Shown here piece after piece: positions 1-11,270 of a stretch of 40,517 nucleotides of DNA; position 1 is the stretch's first letter; each line of letters begins with the position of its first letter. The stretch is taken from positions 1 through 40,517 of the forward strand of contig DUQY01000066.1 of the NCBI GenBank assembly GCA_012837565.1, given 5' to 3'. The notes below the pieces were generated by a model. The model worked only from the letters and a program-made list of their open reading frames with translations. It was not told where the DNA came from and made no database searches. The position numbers and the translations under genes are program-made. Source of the DNA: Bacteroidales bacterium (GTDB lineage Bacteria > Bacteroidota > Bacteroidia > Bacteroidales > P3).

Positions 1-209
1 AAAGAAGTAAGACAGATAGAAGAAGGGTTTATGATATGGACCCTGAAATAATTATTCATCGTCTTGAAGGTTATGAAGAGTCGGCAGCAAAGGTGAGATC
101 ATATTACCAAAAGAAAAACAAATACTATAGTGTTAATTCTGATGGTCCTGTTGATGTTGTTTTTGATACTCTTTGCAACATTGTTGACGAAGCTTTAAAG
201 AAAGCCTAA
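1..209 (+). CDS. adk: adenylate kinase, C-terminal fragment (5' end lies outside the window)
   Basis: Open frame from the window edge (codon phase from position 3) to TAA at 207-209. It translates to ...DPEIIIHRLEGYEESAAKVRSYYQKKNKYYSVNSDGPVDVVFDTLCNIVDEALKKA, which fits the adenylate kinase C-terminal pattern (RL..Y.E....V..YY......V.G.....VF). adk directly upstream of obg is a common Bacteroidota arrangement. It is absent from the supplied track because it has no start codon. Confidence 0.6.
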   Translation, partial: RSKTDRRRVYDMDPEIIIHRLEGYEESAAKVRSYYQKKNKYYSVNSDGPVDVVFDTLCNIVDEALKKA

Positions 210-245
210 TTAAGAAAACATACATTAAAAGAAAAATAAAATAAT

Positions 246-1247
246 ATGCGTTCAAATTTTGTAGATTATGTGACGATTAACTGTAGGAGTGGAAATGGAG
301 GAAAGGGAAGTACCCACCTTCTAAGATCACGTCTAACAGCTAAAGGAGGTCCCGATGGTGGAGATGGAGGAAGAGGAGGACATATTATTTTAAGAGGGAA
401 TAAGCAATACTGGACTCTTTTACATCTAAAATACACTAAACACTTAATTGCTAAGGATGGAGGTGATGGTGGTAAGAGCCGTCTTACTGGAGCAGATGGA
501 AAAGATGTTATTATTGATGTGCCTCTTGGAACAATTTGTAGGGACGAACTAAGTGGAGAAATTGATTGTGAAATTATAGAGGAAGGTCAAATGGCTATAA
601 TTTCAAGAGGAGGAAGAGGTGGACTAGGCAATGACCATTTCAAAACTCCAACTTTCCAAACACCTCGTTATGCACAACCAGGAGAAGAGGGGCAAGAGCT
701 TTGGAAGGTTGTTGAGTTAAAGATTTTGGCCGATGTTGGGCTTGTAGGATTTCCAAATGCAGGCAAGAGCACATTACTTAGTGTTATTTCAGCAGCTAAA
801 CCAGAAATAGGGGATTATCCATTTACTACCCTAACTCCAAATCTTGGAATTGTAGGATATAGGGATGATAAATCTTTTATTATGGCAGATATTCCAGGAA
901 TCATTGAAGGAGCATCAGAGGGTAAAGGTTTAGGGCTTCGTTTCCTTAAACATATTGAAAGAAATTCACTACTTCTTTTTATGGTTCCTTGCGATACAGA
1001 TGATATTACAAAAGAGTATAATATCCTATTAAAGGAACTTGAAAACTTTAATCCAGAACTAATGGATAAGGATAGGATTCTTGCAATAACTAAATCTGAT
1101 ATGCTAGATGAGGGTATGATAGAAGAAATGAAAAAGCTTCTTCCAAAGGGAGTTAAGTCTTTGTTTATATCTTCTGTTGCAAGAAAAGGACTAACAGAAT
1201 TAAAGGATTTAATTTGGAAAATTCTAAATGAGGAGATTGATAGATAA
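246..1247 (+). CDS. obg: GTPase Obg/CgtA
   Basis: 333 aa. N-terminal glycine-rich Obg fold ([26 protein letters not shown]), followed by a G domain with [11 protein letters not shown] (G1), DIPG (G3) and TKSD (G4). Confidence 0.95.
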   Translation: MRSNFVDYVTINCRSGNGGKGSTHLLRSRLTAKGGPDGGDGGRGGHIILRGNKQYWTLLHLKYTKHLIAKDGGDGGKSRLTGADGKDVIIDVPLGTICRDELSGEIDCEIIEEGQMAIISRGGRGGLGNDHFKTPTFQTPRYAQPGEEGQELWKVVELKILADVGLVGFPNAGKSTLLSVISAAKPEIGDYPFTTLTPNLGIVGYRDDKSFIMADIPGIIEGASEGKGLGLRFLKHIERNSLLLFMVPCDTDDITKEYNILLKELENFNPELMDKDRILAITKSDMLDEGMIEEMKKLLPKGVKSLFISSVARKGLTELKDLIWKILNEEIDR

Positions 1248-1830
1248 AGACATTGAACTCTTTTACCTCATTAATGGGCATAGGAGCGACTTCTTTGACT
1301 ATGTTTTTTCATTTCTAAGTCATAGCCTTAGCTTCATTATAGCTATTCTTGTTGCAACTGCGTTTCTTACAATAAAGAAGTTCAACAAGAAGTTTTGGAT
1401 TCTAATTATATTAGTTGCCCTATCATTTCTTTTTGCAGATAGAATATCTGTTATTTGTTTTAAGGATGTTTTTGAACGGCTTAGACCAAGCCATGCATTG
1501 GCAGGAGTTAATTTAGTCAAGCTTGATTCTTGGCGACTTGTTTTTGACCATAAAGGAGGGCAATTTGGTTTTGTGTCTTCTCATGCTGCAAACGTATTTT
1601 CATTAGCAACAATATTCGTTATACTTGGAAAAAGGTATAAAGCTTTCTCAATACTTATAATATTGTGGGCGGTTTTAGTTGCCTATTCAAGAGTTTATTG
1701 TGGAGTACACTACCCAGGTGATGTGGTTTGTGGAGCCTTCCTTGGAATATTAGTAGGTTATATTATTACGCTATTATACAAGTATCTCCAAAAGAAGTTT
1801 AAGTTCTTATCTACTGATATAAATAATTAA
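1228..1830 (+). CDS. PAP2-family membrane phosphatase (undecaprenyl-diphosphatase/phosphatidic acid phosphatase type 2 like)
   Basis: 200 aa, multi-TM. Carries the three PAP2 motifs: K..FERLRP, VSSHAA and [12 protein letters not shown]. It overlaps the obg stop by 20 nt. Confidence 0.85.
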   Translation: MRRLIDKDIELFYLINGHRSDFFDYVFSFLSHSLSFIIAILVATAFLTIKKFNKKFWILIILVALSFLFADRISVICFKDVFERLRPSHALAGVNLVKLDSWRLVFDHKGGQFGFVSSHAANVFSLATIFVILGKRYKAFSILIILWAVLVAYSRVYCGVHYPGDVVCGAFLGILVGYIITLLYKYLQKKFKFLSTDINN

Positions 1831-3687
1831 TATTGATATATCGGAAGGAGAAACTCCACTTATGCGTGAGGCTTGTCCTATTGTTTTTGGACGAATCTTA
1901 GATAGCTTTTCTCTTGCCTCAAAGCTTAGGGAGTTTAAGGCTTGATAGTTGAAATCATCTTTAATAATTAGATTTTCGTGCTTTGATAACTTCTCCGATA
2001 TTTCTTGTTCCTTAACTATATAGCTCTTATATTTTATCTTAATTTCAGCTGACTCAATTGTTTCTTCCTTTATGCTTTCTTCAATTCCATCTATTTGTTC
2101 TTTAAGATAAGGAATATTATCAGCTAAGTCCGTAAGTGTTATTTGTGGACGAAGAAGTAGCTGACCAATCTTTGTTTTCTGATTTATTTTAGGGGTTTCT
2201 TTTTCATCTAATAGCTCGTTTACTTCATTTGGATTTGCATTCTTATTTTCAATAAAAGTTATTAAATCATCACAACTCTTTGTTTTTCTTTCAACCCTTT
2301 CCATTCTTTCTTTGGATGCTAATCCAAGTGCATACGAAAGAGGTGTTAATCTTTGGTCTGCATTGTCTTGACGCAAAAGAATCCTAAACTCTGCCCTCGA
2401 AGTAAACATACGATAAGGTTCATCAACTCCTTTTGTAATAAGGTCATCAATCAAAACTCCAATATAGCTTTCTGAACGTTTAAGAACAAAGGCTGGTTTC
2501 TCGTTAAGCTTTAGATGTGCATTTATTCCTGCCATTAAACCTTGTGAACCTGCTTCTTCATAGCCTGTTGTACCATTAATTTGTCCAGCAAAGTATAGGT
2601 TTTCAATTTGTTTTGTCTCTAATGTGTCCTTAAGTTGTGTTGGTGGGAAATAATCGTATTCAATTGCATAGCCAGGCTTTTGTATTACTGCATTTTCAAA
2701 TCCTTTTATCTTCTGTAAAGCTTCATATTGCACACTTAGTGGAAGTGAGGATGAGAATCCATTAATATAATATAAACTAGTATGGTTGCTTTCTGGTTCT
2801 ATGAAAAGTTGGTGTTGATTTTTCCCTGCAAAGCGGTCTATCTTATCCTCAATTGAAGGACAATAACGAGGACCTACACCTTGTATTCTTCCTTGAAACA
2901 TTGGTGAATGCTCAAATCCTGTTCTTAATATATCGTGAACATCCAAAGATGTGTATGCTAAAAAGCAACTTCTTTGAACAAGTGTTTCTTTCCTAAGATT
3001 CATAAAAGAGAATTGCCTAGGGTTATCATCTCCCTTTTGCTCCTCTAACTTACTAAAGTCAATACTGCGTCCGTCAACCCTCATTGGAGTTCCTGTTTTA
3101 AGGGTTAAGACCTCAAAGCCGTAGTTATTATGTAGGTCTTCTGACAACCCTATTGAATTCATTTCACCTATCCTCCCTGCTCCAAAGTTTTGCTCTCCAA
3201 TATGTATCTTTCCATTCAGGAAAGTACCATTTGTTAGAATAACACTTCTGGCCTCTATCTCTAATCCCATATTGGTTTTAACACCACAAACCTTACCGTT
3301 CTTTATATCCAAACCAATCACATCATCCTGCCATAGGCTTAGGTTTTCAATTGAATCCAAGACCTTATGCCAAGTTACGGAAAACATTATATTGTCCACT
3401 TGGGCTCTTGGACTCCACATTGCAGGTCCTTTTGAGAGGTTAAGCATTCTAAATTGGAGTGTGTTTTGGTCGGTAATAAGTGCTGAATAACCTCCTAGAG
3501 CATCAATTTCTTTAACAATTTGTCCTTTTGCAACTCCACCCATTGCAGGGTTGCAAGAAAGTTGTGCAATTGCATTAAGATTTTGTGTGATAAGCAAAAC
3601 AGAAGAACCTAAATTGGCTGCTGAGCAAGCTGCCTCGCACCCTGCATGTCCTGCTCCTATAACTATAACATCAAACTTTTTAAACAT
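1807..3687 (-). CDS. mnmG: tRNA uridine-5-carboxymethylaminomethyl synthesis enzyme MnmG (GidA)
   Basis: 626 aa. FAD motif DVIVIGAGHAGCEAA at the N-terminus, with GidA-typical GPRYCPSIEDK and TSRAEFR motifs. Confidence 0.95.
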   Translation of the reverse strand: MFKKFDVIVIGAGHAGCEAACSAANLGSSVLLITQNLNAIAQLSCNPAMGGVAKGQIVKEIDALGGYSALITDQNTLQFRMLNLSKGPAMWSPRAQVDNIMFSVTWHKVLDSIENLSLWQDDVIGLDIKNGKVCGVKTNMGLEIEARSVILTNGTFLNGKIHIGEQNFGAGRIGEMNSIGLSEDLHNNYGFEVLTLKTGTPMRVDGRSIDFSKLEEQKGDDNPRQFSFMNLRKETLVQRSCFLAYTSLDVHDILRTGFEHSPMFQGRIQGVGPRYCPSIEDKIDRFAGKNQHQLFIEPESNHTSLYYINGFSSSLPLSVQYEALQKIKGFENAVIQKPGYAIEYDYFPPTQLKDTLETKQIENLYFAGQINGTTGYEEAGSQGLMAGINAHLKLNEKPAFVLKRSESYIGVLIDDLITKGVDEPYRMFTSRAEFRILLRQDNADQRLTPLSYALGLASKERMERVERKTKSCDDLITFIENKNANPNEVNELLDEKETPKINQKTKIGQLLLRPQITLTDLADNIPYLKEQIDGIEESIKEETIESAEIKIKYKSYIVKEQEISEKLSKHENLIIKDDFNYQALNSLSFEAREKLSKIRPKTIGQASRISGVSPSDISILIIYISR

Positions 3688-4082
3688 TCTTCTTCAGCCT
3701 TTCTCATTTCTTTTTCTTGAGCCTTTGTCTTATCCTTTAATCCTAAAAGATGAAGGACCCCATGTATAATTACCCTATATAGTTCTTGTTCGAATTCTTG
3801 GTTTAGGTTTTGGGAGTTTTCCATAACCCTTTCAACACTTATAAATAAATCTCCTGCAACCTTATCCTTGTCTGAATAATCGAAACTAATAATATCTGTG
3901 AAGTCGTCATGGTTAAGGTAGTTCTGATTAATATCCAATAAGTATTCATCTTTGCAAAAAATATAAGATATATCACCTACTTTCATCCCTTTTTTTTCAA
4001 CCACAGACTTAATCCAAGCCTTAATCTTATTCTTTTTAGATAGAATATCCTTAGTTTCCACAAAATTAAAACTTATTGCCAT
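3663..4082 (-). CDS. ybeY: rRNA maturation endoribonuclease YbeY
   Basis: 139 aa with the zinc motif HGVLHLLG. It overlaps the mnmG start, consistent with an operon. Confidence 0.9.
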   Translation of the reverse strand: MAISFNFVETKDILSKKNKIKAWIKSVVEKKGMKVGDISYIFCKDEYLLDINQNYLNHDDFTDIISFDYSDKDKVAGDLFISVERVMENSQNLNQEFEQELYRVIIHGVLHLLGLKDKTKAQEKEMRKAEEECLKSLML

Positions 4083-4119
4083 TTCAAATATTCTTTTTCT
4101 TTAATGCTTTTGCTAAGAC

Positions 4120-5382
4120 TTATTCTCCAAATGAATCTCCAATAGGTTTACGAAGAATCATCTCCATTGATTTTTTCATTACTATTGAACCTCTTTTATC
4201 TAATTTATATGGTTTTAATAATCCACCCATTGCTTCAAAAGCTCCAGGTTCTCCTTCTTTTGCTGGATAGAAATAGTTAGACATCTCTTTTTCATCTATT
4301 TTCTTACCAACATAAATTGTGTCTAATTGAAAAGCAGAAAGACTTCCTATTATTGCTTCAAGCTTGGTTTCTCTGTCTTTTTCTTTTTTTGTAGGTATTA
4401 TTTTATATTCCCATGTTCCATTAGGCTTATATGTCTTTGCATAGAATTTAAGTCTTGCATCATTTTGTTGCATTTCCAGAGGAAGTCTTATGGTTATGTT
4501 TTGTGTGAAGGTATCTTTTAGCAGACATGTCTCAAAGTCTGGTTGGTGATTTGATTTTAAAACAAAATACCCAGCATTGATAATATACTGTCGATGATGT
4601 GGAACTAACTTATAGCTTCTTGTTAGATCCTCAAATGATATCACATCTTCAAATTGAATTGTCATTTCACTATTAAGAGTATCTTTTGTATGGATAATGC
4701 TTTCTAATGCACCTTTAGGCATTTTGAGCATTGACATATTTTTAGTAACTATTGTTGTGTCTTGTGATGGATAATAATAATCGTTGAACTTGCCTAAGCA
4801 TTCATCTGGGTTGTTTTCAACTAATATATATACTTTGTTTTTTAAATCTATGCCGTTATGTGTTCTTTCCTGTGCTGATTTATCGTTTAGATTTATCCAT
4901 TTGAAATCGAATGGCATCTTGTATTTAATAATACATTCTGCTTCACCACTACATGAATGATAGAAACTGCTTGGTGTTTTGCGAACAATAAACTCTGTTT
5001 CTTCTCTTGAGGCAAAATAATCAAAAACTGTTATTGCTCTTTCTCTTGCTAGTGAAGAATTCTCTTGCTGAACAACTTCACCATCATCATAACCAATAAT
5101 AGTAATTTTATAGAATTTATCACTATTGAGATCAAAAGCAATCTTATAAACACTATCCAAAGCATCTAATGCCTCTTCGGTATAGTTTGATTTTCTTGGT
5201 TCGAAACAAATATATGCTTCAAATTTCTCAGGAAATAAAGACTGAGGCTTAAGTCCTTTTGGAGTTCTTTGTCTTTGGGTAGCTGGAATAAGGATTTGGC
5301 TACAAGATGAGGTTTTTGTTTTTTGGGCAAAAAGGTTTGTCCCTATTACCATTATTATTAAAAGAAGTATTGTTTTTTTCAT
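4120..5382 (-). CDS. secreted hypothetical protein with a degenerate OmpA-like segment
   Basis: 420 aa. N-terminal signal peptide MKKTILLLIIMVIGTNLFAQ. The segment ITIIGYDDGEVVQQENSSLARERAITVFDYF resembles the OmpA C-terminal-like signature (I.GHTD......N..LS..RA..V..Y). The rest is unrecognised. It lies immediately downstream of MoxR on the same strand. Confidence 0.5.
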   Translation of the reverse strand: MKKTILLLIIMVIGTNLFAQKTKTSSCSQILIPATQRQRTPKGLKPQSLFPEKFEAYICFEPRKSNYTEEALDALDSVYKIAFDLNSDKFYKITIIGYDDGEVVQQENSSLARERAITVFDYFASREETEFIVRKTPSSFYHSCSGEAECIIKYKMPFDFKWINLNDKSAQERTHNGIDLKNKVYILVENNPDECLGKFNDYYYPSQDTTIVTKNMSMLKMPKGALESIIHTKDTLNSEMTIQFEDVISFEDLTRSYKLVPHHRQYIINAGYFVLKSNHQPDFETCLLKDTFTQNITIRLPLEMQQNDARLKFYAKTYKPNGTWEYKIIPTKKEKDRETKLEAIIGSLSAFQLDTIYVGKKIDEKEMSNYFYPAKEGEPGAFEAMGGLLKPYKLDKRGSIVMKKSMEMILRKPIGDSFGE

Positions 5383-5387
5383 AGGAC

Positions 5388-6371
5388 TTATGAATTAATT
5401 AAATCAATAATAATTTTTTCTGCTGTGTATCCATCTGCTTGCGAGGAATAGTTTTGAACTATCCTATGGCGAAGCACCGATACTGCAACAGCCTTAACAT
5501 CTTCTATATCTGGAGAGTATTTCCCTTTAAGCACTGCGTGGCATTTAGCACCAATAATCAGATATTGTGAAGCTCTAGGGCCTGCTCCCCATGAAAGGTA
5601 TTTTTGAGCAATTGGGTGGACATTTGGGGTTGAAACTCTTGTTTTCTCAACCAAGCGAACAGCATATTCATAAACATTATCAGTAACAGGAATCTTTCTA
5701 ATTAAGTCTTGCATTAGAATGATTTCTTCTTTCGATAATATTTTATTTACCTTGACATCTTTCCCTGTTGTAGTAGCTTTTAATATATTTATTTCTTCTT
5801 CAAAGCTAGGATAATCTAACCAAAGCATAAACATAAATCTATCTAGTTGTGCCTCAGGTAGGGGGTATGTTCCCTCTTGCTCGATTGGGTTTTGTGTAGC
5901 AAGAACGAAGAAGGGTTCTTCTAATATATTAGTATGTCCAGAAACAGTAACCGAATGCTCTTGCATAGCTTCCAAAAGAGCTGCTTGAGTTTTTGGAGGG
6001 GTACGGTTGATTTCGTCTGCTAAAATAATATTAGCAAAGATTGGTCCTTTAATGAATTTGAACCTCCTATTTTCATCCAAAACCTCACTCCCAACAATAT
6101 CTGAGGGCATAAGGTCTGGTGTAAATTGTATCCTATTATATGATAAGCCTAAGGCAGATGAAATGGTGTTTACAAGTAGTGTTTTTGCTAAGCCAGGCAC
6201 TCCAACTAATAAGCAATGACCTTTTGAAAATATTGAAATAAGAACTTGGTCAATAATATCTTCTTGCCCAATTATTATCTTGCCTATTTCCTGTTTTAAT
6301 AATTGAGTTTTTTCAACAAGCGTGTTTAGTTGATTTACATCAGAGGAGTAGTTATTAGAAGAGTCTTGCAT
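5388..6371 (-). CDS. MoxR-family AAA+ ATPase
   Basis: 327 aa. Walker A GVPGLAKT and Walker B ILADEINR, with the typical MoxR length and the LQAMQE-like motif LLEAMQEHSVT. Confidence 0.9.
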   Translation of the reverse strand: MQDSSNNYSSDVNQLNTLVEKTQLLKQEIGKIIIGQEDIIDQVLISIFSKGHCLLVGVPGLAKTLLVNTISSALGLSYNRIQFTPDLMPSDIVGSEVLDENRRFKFIKGPIFANIILADEINRTPPKTQAALLEAMQEHSVTVSGHTNILEEPFFVLATQNPIEQEGTYPLPEAQLDRFMFMLWLDYPSFEEEINILKATTTGKDVKVNKILSKEEIILMQDLIRKIPVTDNVYEYAVRLVEKTRVSTPNVHPIAQKYLSWGAGPRASQYLIIGAKCHAVLKGKYSPDIEDVKAVAVSVLRHRIVQNYSSQADGYTAEKIIIDLINS

Positions 6372-6373
6372 AA

Positions 6374-7726
6374 TTAATTGTTTTTCATCCAGTTCATTTT
6401 ATAATTACAATCCTTATAATCATTGTCTATCTTAAGATAGGTTTTAGAAATTCTATTCTCAGCCCACTCAATAACAGCTTTTGTTTTTGCAGTCTCAAGT
6501 GCAGAATTATAAATTTTGTCGTAGTCGTCCTTTAGGTTAATTTTATGTTGTGCTGTTTTAGCCATAACTTTAATTAATCTATAAGCTGAGCCCGACTCTG
6601 TTTTGAAGACTGTTGGACTAATTATATCTCCTTGATTGTATTTTTCGAAATTTATTTTATCAATGTTTTCCATCATTTCATTTGTATTTTCTTTAGGAAA
6701 ACGAGCATTGGCAGTATAAGGATTGATAATCTTTCCTCCGGTTAGTTTTGAAGGGTCATCGGAGTATTTCTTTATTGCATCCTCAAATGTTATTTCTTTG
6801 TTATTGATAAGTGTTTGTATGCTATCAAGTAATTTCTTTGTTCTTGCAAGTTCAATGTTAGATACCTTTGGTTGAATAAGAATATGGCGACAATTTATTT
6901 GGTCACCTCTTCTTTCAATCATTTGAATAATATGAAATCCAAACTTTGATTCAAAAACTGGCGAAACCTCTCCTTCTCTTAGTGGGAATGCAACAGCTTC
7001 AAATTCTGAAACCATAAATCCTCTTGAAAAGAAACCTAGCTCACCACCTTTTTTTGCAGATGCCTCATCTTCTGAGTAAAGAGTTGCAAGGGTGGAAAAC
7101 TTATCTCCCTTAAGTATTCTTTCTCTATAACCATTGAGTCTATCTTTAATTATCTCCTTTTCTTTTGGAGATATTTTAGGAGTAATAACTATTTGAGAGA
7201 ATTCATATTCTTGCTCAATTGTTGGGAGGCTATCTTTAGGGATATTATTATAGAAATCGGTAACTTCTTTAGGAGTTATCTTAATACTTGAAGTGATTTT
7301 ACCATTAACTTCAGTTATAAGTAGATTCTCCTTAATTACTTCTTTATAGAATTCCTTTATCTCATTAATAGATTTATTCATTTGCTTTTCCAAGTTCTCT
7401 CTTGAGCCTGCCGAATGCATCATATAGTTAATACGATTATCCATCTCTCTATTTATTTGGGCATCTGAAATTACTATTGAATCAATTTCTGATTGGTGTA
7501 GCATTAGTTTATTGATAAGAAGGCTTTCAAATATCTCACATTTAACATTAAAAGGTTCTTCAACTACTCCATAGTTTTGTTTTTGCTGTAAGTAGGTTGT
7601 TTCAAGTTCCGATTGCTTAATCATGTTCTTTCCAACAACGGCAATAACTTTATCTAATATATTTGTTTGAGCAAAAACATTGGTGCCAAGTAAACAAACT
7701 AAGCCAATAAGGATAAATTTCTTCAT
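6374..7726 (-). CDS. periplasmic parvulin-type peptidyl-prolyl isomerase (SurA-like chaperone)
   Basis: 450 aa. Signal peptide, and a PpiC/parvulin core (GGELGFFSRGFMVSEFE..FGFHIIQM). Confidence 0.8.
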   Translation of the reverse strand: MKKFILIGLVCLLGTNVFAQTNILDKVIAVVGKNMIKQSELETTYLQQKQNYGVVEEPFNVKCEIFESLLINKLMLHQSEIDSIVISDAQINREMDNRINYMMHSAGSRENLEKQMNKSINEIKEFYKEVIKENLLITEVNGKITSSIKITPKEVTDFYNNIPKDSLPTIEQEYEFSQIVITPKISPKEKEIIKDRLNGYRERILKGDKFSTLATLYSEDEASAKKGGELGFFSRGFMVSEFEAVAFPLREGEVSPVFESKFGFHIIQMIERRGDQINCRHILIQPKVSNIELARTKKLLDSIQTLINNKEITFEDAIKKYSDDPSKLTGGKIINPYTANARFPKENTNEMMENIDKINFEKYNQGDIISPTVFKTESGSAYRLIKVMAKTAQHKINLKDDYDKIYNSALETAKTKAVIEWAENRISKTYLKIDNDYKDCNYKMNWMKNN

Positions 7727-7736
7727 TAAATACTAA

Positions 7737-9746
7737 TTAATTGATTATGGAATTGAAAACGTCATCATATACCTTATAAGTATAATCTTTGCGTAATTTC
7801 TTTATCCACTCGTCTTCTAAATATTCTTGATAATCTGAAGTTGCAATACCTTTTGCCTCTCCAAGTGTTTTTAGTGAAGGCGAAAGAATAGCATGAGTTA
7901 TTACAATATATTTCTTTTTGTCGTTATCAAATTCAATAATATCGCTTACTCCAACCTTCCAGTTAGTTTTGTCAACAACCCTATTATCTCTTTTTTCAAA
8001 TCTATTCCACTTGTAGTCGAAATACTTTGAAGTGTCTGATTTGACTTTAAAGTTCTTAGCTAATAAGTTTTGAATCTCTTGGTTTGATTTCTTTTTCTTA
8101 AAGCCCTTTTCAATTACTTTCTTTGCCTTTACGAAATCAATATCTTTTCCAAAGCTAAATATTGTAGCATCAGCTCTTTCTTTCCACTGGTATTTCGAAT
8201 TATTGTTTTCAAAGAACTTGCTTAAACCTATGGTGTCAACAATTGATTTGTTCCAAATAAACTTATCTGTTATTGTGAAAATTAGAATACCATCTCTAAA
8301 CTCATCAACAGTTAGTTTAAGTTCAGGGTGCTTTTGTTCTAATTTTGAATCTGCGTAAGTTATTACCTTTTCGTTTGCAATCTTTTTATAAAGTTTATGA
8401 ACGTATGTAGGAATATACTCTGGGGTTTGTTCTTGTTGCATTGATTCAATCTCTTCTGCTAGGTCTTTTTGTGTAAATGAATAATCTCCAATAGTGAAAA
8501 TTACTTCTCCACCAATAAAGTTTTCTGGAACATCCCATTTTGCTGAGAAAATAGAATCTGTAATTATTCCACTAACAGCATCAAGTTTTGTTAAGTCTTC
8601 TTTGAAACTATATTCTTCTTTGCTTTTCTTAATAAACTCTTCAATTGTCCTATAACTTCTAACATCTCTTGCAATACGTTGTTCAATATCCTTACGTTGC
8701 ACCTCCAGACTTTGCACAGGAACCAAAGATACTGGCTTAAGTATATGCCAGCCATATCTTGTTTCAAATGGTTTTGTGAATTCTTTAAGTGGAGTTTTGA
8801 TAATCATATCAGTATATTCAACAGGCATATTTACCACCCTTTGACCAGCAAGCACGCCTTGACTTCTTGCAGAATACTTATCATCTGAGTATTTTGCAAC
8901 AATTGTATCAAAAGGAACATTATTTTGAATATCAGCATATGCTCTATCAACTATATTCTTGCATTCTTGAGGGCTTGAATGATTGTCGAAATTAACCCAA
9001 ATGTGAGCAATTGTTGCTGTTGAGTAAGGAGCTGGCTTACGATCGGTTAATTGTATTATATGATATCCTCTTTGAGAACGTATAGGCATTGAAATTTCAT
9101 TAACTTTTAGGTTGTAGCATGCTGTTTCAAAAGGATATATCATACTAAATGATGTGAAATAACCTAAGTCACCTCTATTTCCTTTCATTTTGTTTTGACC
9201 CTCGTTAGTGTTTTGGTCTTTTACTGAAGGATCTTCAGAATACTGAACTGCTAAATCTCCAAAGTTCTCTCCCTTTAAGATTCTTTTCCTAAGGTCTAAT
9301 GCTTTGTTATAAGCCTCTAAAGTGTCTTTTGGAGTAGCATTGGTTGGTATCATAATTAGAATATGAGAAGCTCTAATAATCTCTTTTGTTCTCTCATAAG
9401 CCTCATTAACCAATTCCTCAGTAACGGTTTTATCGTTTAAATATGGTTCAATTAATTGCTTCCTATATGTACTAACTTCTTGAACATATTCAGGTAATGT
9501 GTCAAGTCCTAATTTCTTTGCCTCAGCAAGCTTTAGCTTAAAGTTAATATATAGATCTAAGTATTCATCCAAGTCTTTTTTTATTATCTTCTTTTCAGGA
9601 TTTGGATTATTCCTTTGGTACATTTCAACAAATGTTTCTTTAGAAATGTTTTCCCCAGCAACTTTAAGAACGATATCGTTGTCTGTTTGGGCAAATGTAA
9701 ATGAAGCAATTAAGCTAAATAATACAATACTGATAAATCTCTTCAT
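7737..9746 (-). CDS. periplasmic peptidyl-prolyl isomerase with two parvulin domains
   Basis: 669 aa. Signal peptide MKRFISIVLFSLIASFTFAQ. Two parvulin signatures (ASHILI..GDLGYF..RGYHIIQL and YGWHILKP). Confidence 0.8.
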   Translation of the reverse strand: MKRFISIVLFSLIASFTFAQTDNDIVLKVAGENISKETFVEMYQRNNPNPEKKIIKKDLDEYLDLYINFKLKLAEAKKLGLDTLPEYVQEVSTYRKQLIEPYLNDKTVTEELVNEAYERTKEIIRASHILIMIPTNATPKDTLEAYNKALDLRKRILKGENFGDLAVQYSEDPSVKDQNTNEGQNKMKGNRGDLGYFTSFSMIYPFETACYNLKVNEISMPIRSQRGYHIIQLTDRKPAPYSTATIAHIWVNFDNHSSPQECKNIVDRAYADIQNNVPFDTIVAKYSDDKYSARSQGVLAGQRVVNMPVEYTDMIIKTPLKEFTKPFETRYGWHILKPVSLVPVQSLEVQRKDIEQRIARDVRSYRTIEEFIKKSKEEYSFKEDLTKLDAVSGIITDSIFSAKWDVPENFIGGEVIFTIGDYSFTQKDLAEEIESMQQEQTPEYIPTYVHKLYKKIANEKVITYADSKLEQKHPELKLTVDEFRDGILIFTITDKFIWNKSIVDTIGLSKFFENNNSKYQWKERADATIFSFGKDIDFVKAKKVIEKGFKKKKSNQEIQNLLAKNFKVKSDTSKYFDYKWNRFEKRDNRVVDKTNWKVGVSDIIEFDNDKKKYIVITHAILSPSLKTLGEAKGIATSDYQEYLEDEWIKKLRKDYTYKVYDDVFNSIIN

Positions 9747-9779
9747 AGTAAAATCTAATTGTTTTTTGAAATTTTTTTA

Positions 9780-11246
9780 TTAGCGAGAGTAATTTGGAGC
9801 CTCTCTTGTAATTGTTATATCGTGTGGATGACTTTCGGTATATCCTGCAGCAGTTATTTTAATAAACTTAGCTTGTTGTAATGCTGCAATATCTTTAGAG
9901 CCCGTGTAGCCCATTCCTGCTCTTAGTCCACCAAGTAGCTGATGAACAACCTCAGATATAGTCCCTTTAAATGGAACTCTTCCAACGATTCCTTCAGGAA
10001 CTAATTTATTAAGATCTTCTTCCATATCTTGGAAATACCTATCTTTCGAGCCTTGCTGCATTGCCTCCAAAGATCCCATTCCTCTATATGCCTTGTACTT
10101 TCTTCCTTCATAAATAATGGTATCACCAGGAGACTCTTCAACACCAGCTAGCAAAGAACCAGCCATAATGGAGCTTGCACCAGCAGCCAGTGCCTTAACA
10201 ATATCCCCAGAATATCTAATACCACCATCTGCAATAATTGGAATATTCATTCCCTCCACAGCATGTGCAACATCATAAATTGCACTTAGTTGAGGAACTC
10301 CAATACCAGCAATAATTCTTGTTGTGCAAATACTGCCAGGTCCAATACCCACCTTTAAAGCATCAGCACCAGCTTCCACCAATGCAATTGCAGCCTCAGC
10401 AGTAGCAATATTCCCAACAACAATATCAATATCCTTATATTTTTTTCTAACATTTCTAACAACATCAATCACATTCTTGCTATGACCATGAGCCGTATCA
10501 ATAACAATTGCATCAACTCCTGCTGCAATTACAGAATCAATCCTTTCATACATATTAGGAGTAATTCCAATTCCAGCAGCAACCCTCAAACGTCCCAAAG
10601 TATCCTTGCAAGCATTTGGACGCTCCTTAACCTTAATAATATCTCTGTAAGTAATTAGCCCAACAAGCTCTCCTTTATCATTAACCACAGGCAGTTTTTC
10701 AATCCTATGTTGTTGAAGGATATCTGCAGCCATCTCAAAGTCTGTGTTCTCAGGAGCAGTAACAACTTCTTTTGTCATCACCTCTGTAATAGGGCGATGA
10801 AGATCTCTTTCAAATCTCAAGTCTCTATTGGTTACAATACCAATTAACCTATGATTATCATCAATTACAGGAATCCCTCCAATGCTATATTCCTTCATAA
10901 GAGCTAAAACGTCCTTCACAATTGCATCCTTTTGAATTGTTATAGGATTTATTATCATCCCATTTTCAGCCCTCTTAACCTTTACCACCTCAGCAGTTTG
11001 CTGTTCTATGCTCATGTTTTTATGAAGAACACCAATACCACCCTCTTGTGCCATTGCAATAGCTAACTTAGCTTCTGTAACCGTATCCATAGCTGCAGAA
11101 ACAATTGGAATATTAATTGGAATATTACGTGAAAAGAATGAATTTGTCTGAACCTCTCTTGGGATAAGCTCAGAATATGCAGGGACTAATAAAACATCGT
11201 CATATGTAAGCCCTTCGCCAACGAATTTGTTTGAATTTGAAAACAT
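9780..11246 (-). CDS. guaB: IMP dehydrogenase
   Basis: IMPDH signatures: [11 protein letters not shown], tandem CBS domains, the catalytic loop [11 protein letters not shown] and GGIRYSGD. The track ORF starts at 11273, but that ATG overlaps a consensus -7 promoter box (11271-11278). The next in-frame ATG (11246, [17 protein letters not shown]) is the likely start. Confidence 0.93.
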   Translation of the reverse strand: MFSNSNKFVGEGLTYDDVLLVPAYSELIPREVQTNSFFSRNIPINIPIVSAAMDTVTEAKLAIAMAQEGGIGVLHKNMSIEQQTAEVVKVKRAENGMIINPITIQKDAIVKDVLALMKEYSIGGIPVIDDNHRLIGIVTNRDLRFERDLHRPITEVMTKEVVTAPENTDFEMAADILQQHRIEKLPVVNDKGELVGLITYRDIIKVKERPNACKDTLGRLRVAAGIGITPNMYERIDSVIAAGVDAIVIDTAHGHSKNVIDVVRNVRKKYKDIDIVVGNIATAEAAIALVEAGADALKVGIGPGSICTTRIIAGIGVPQLSAIYDVAHAVEGMNIPIIADGGIRYSGDIVKALAAGASSIMAGSLLAGVEESPGDTIIYEGRKYKAYRGMGSLEAMQQGSKDRYFQDMEEDLNKLVPEGIVGRVPFKGTISEVVHQLLGGLRAGMGYTGSKDIAALQQAKFIKITAAGYTESHPHDITITREAPNYSR

Positions 11247-11270
11247 CTCTTTTGAATATATTATATCAGG

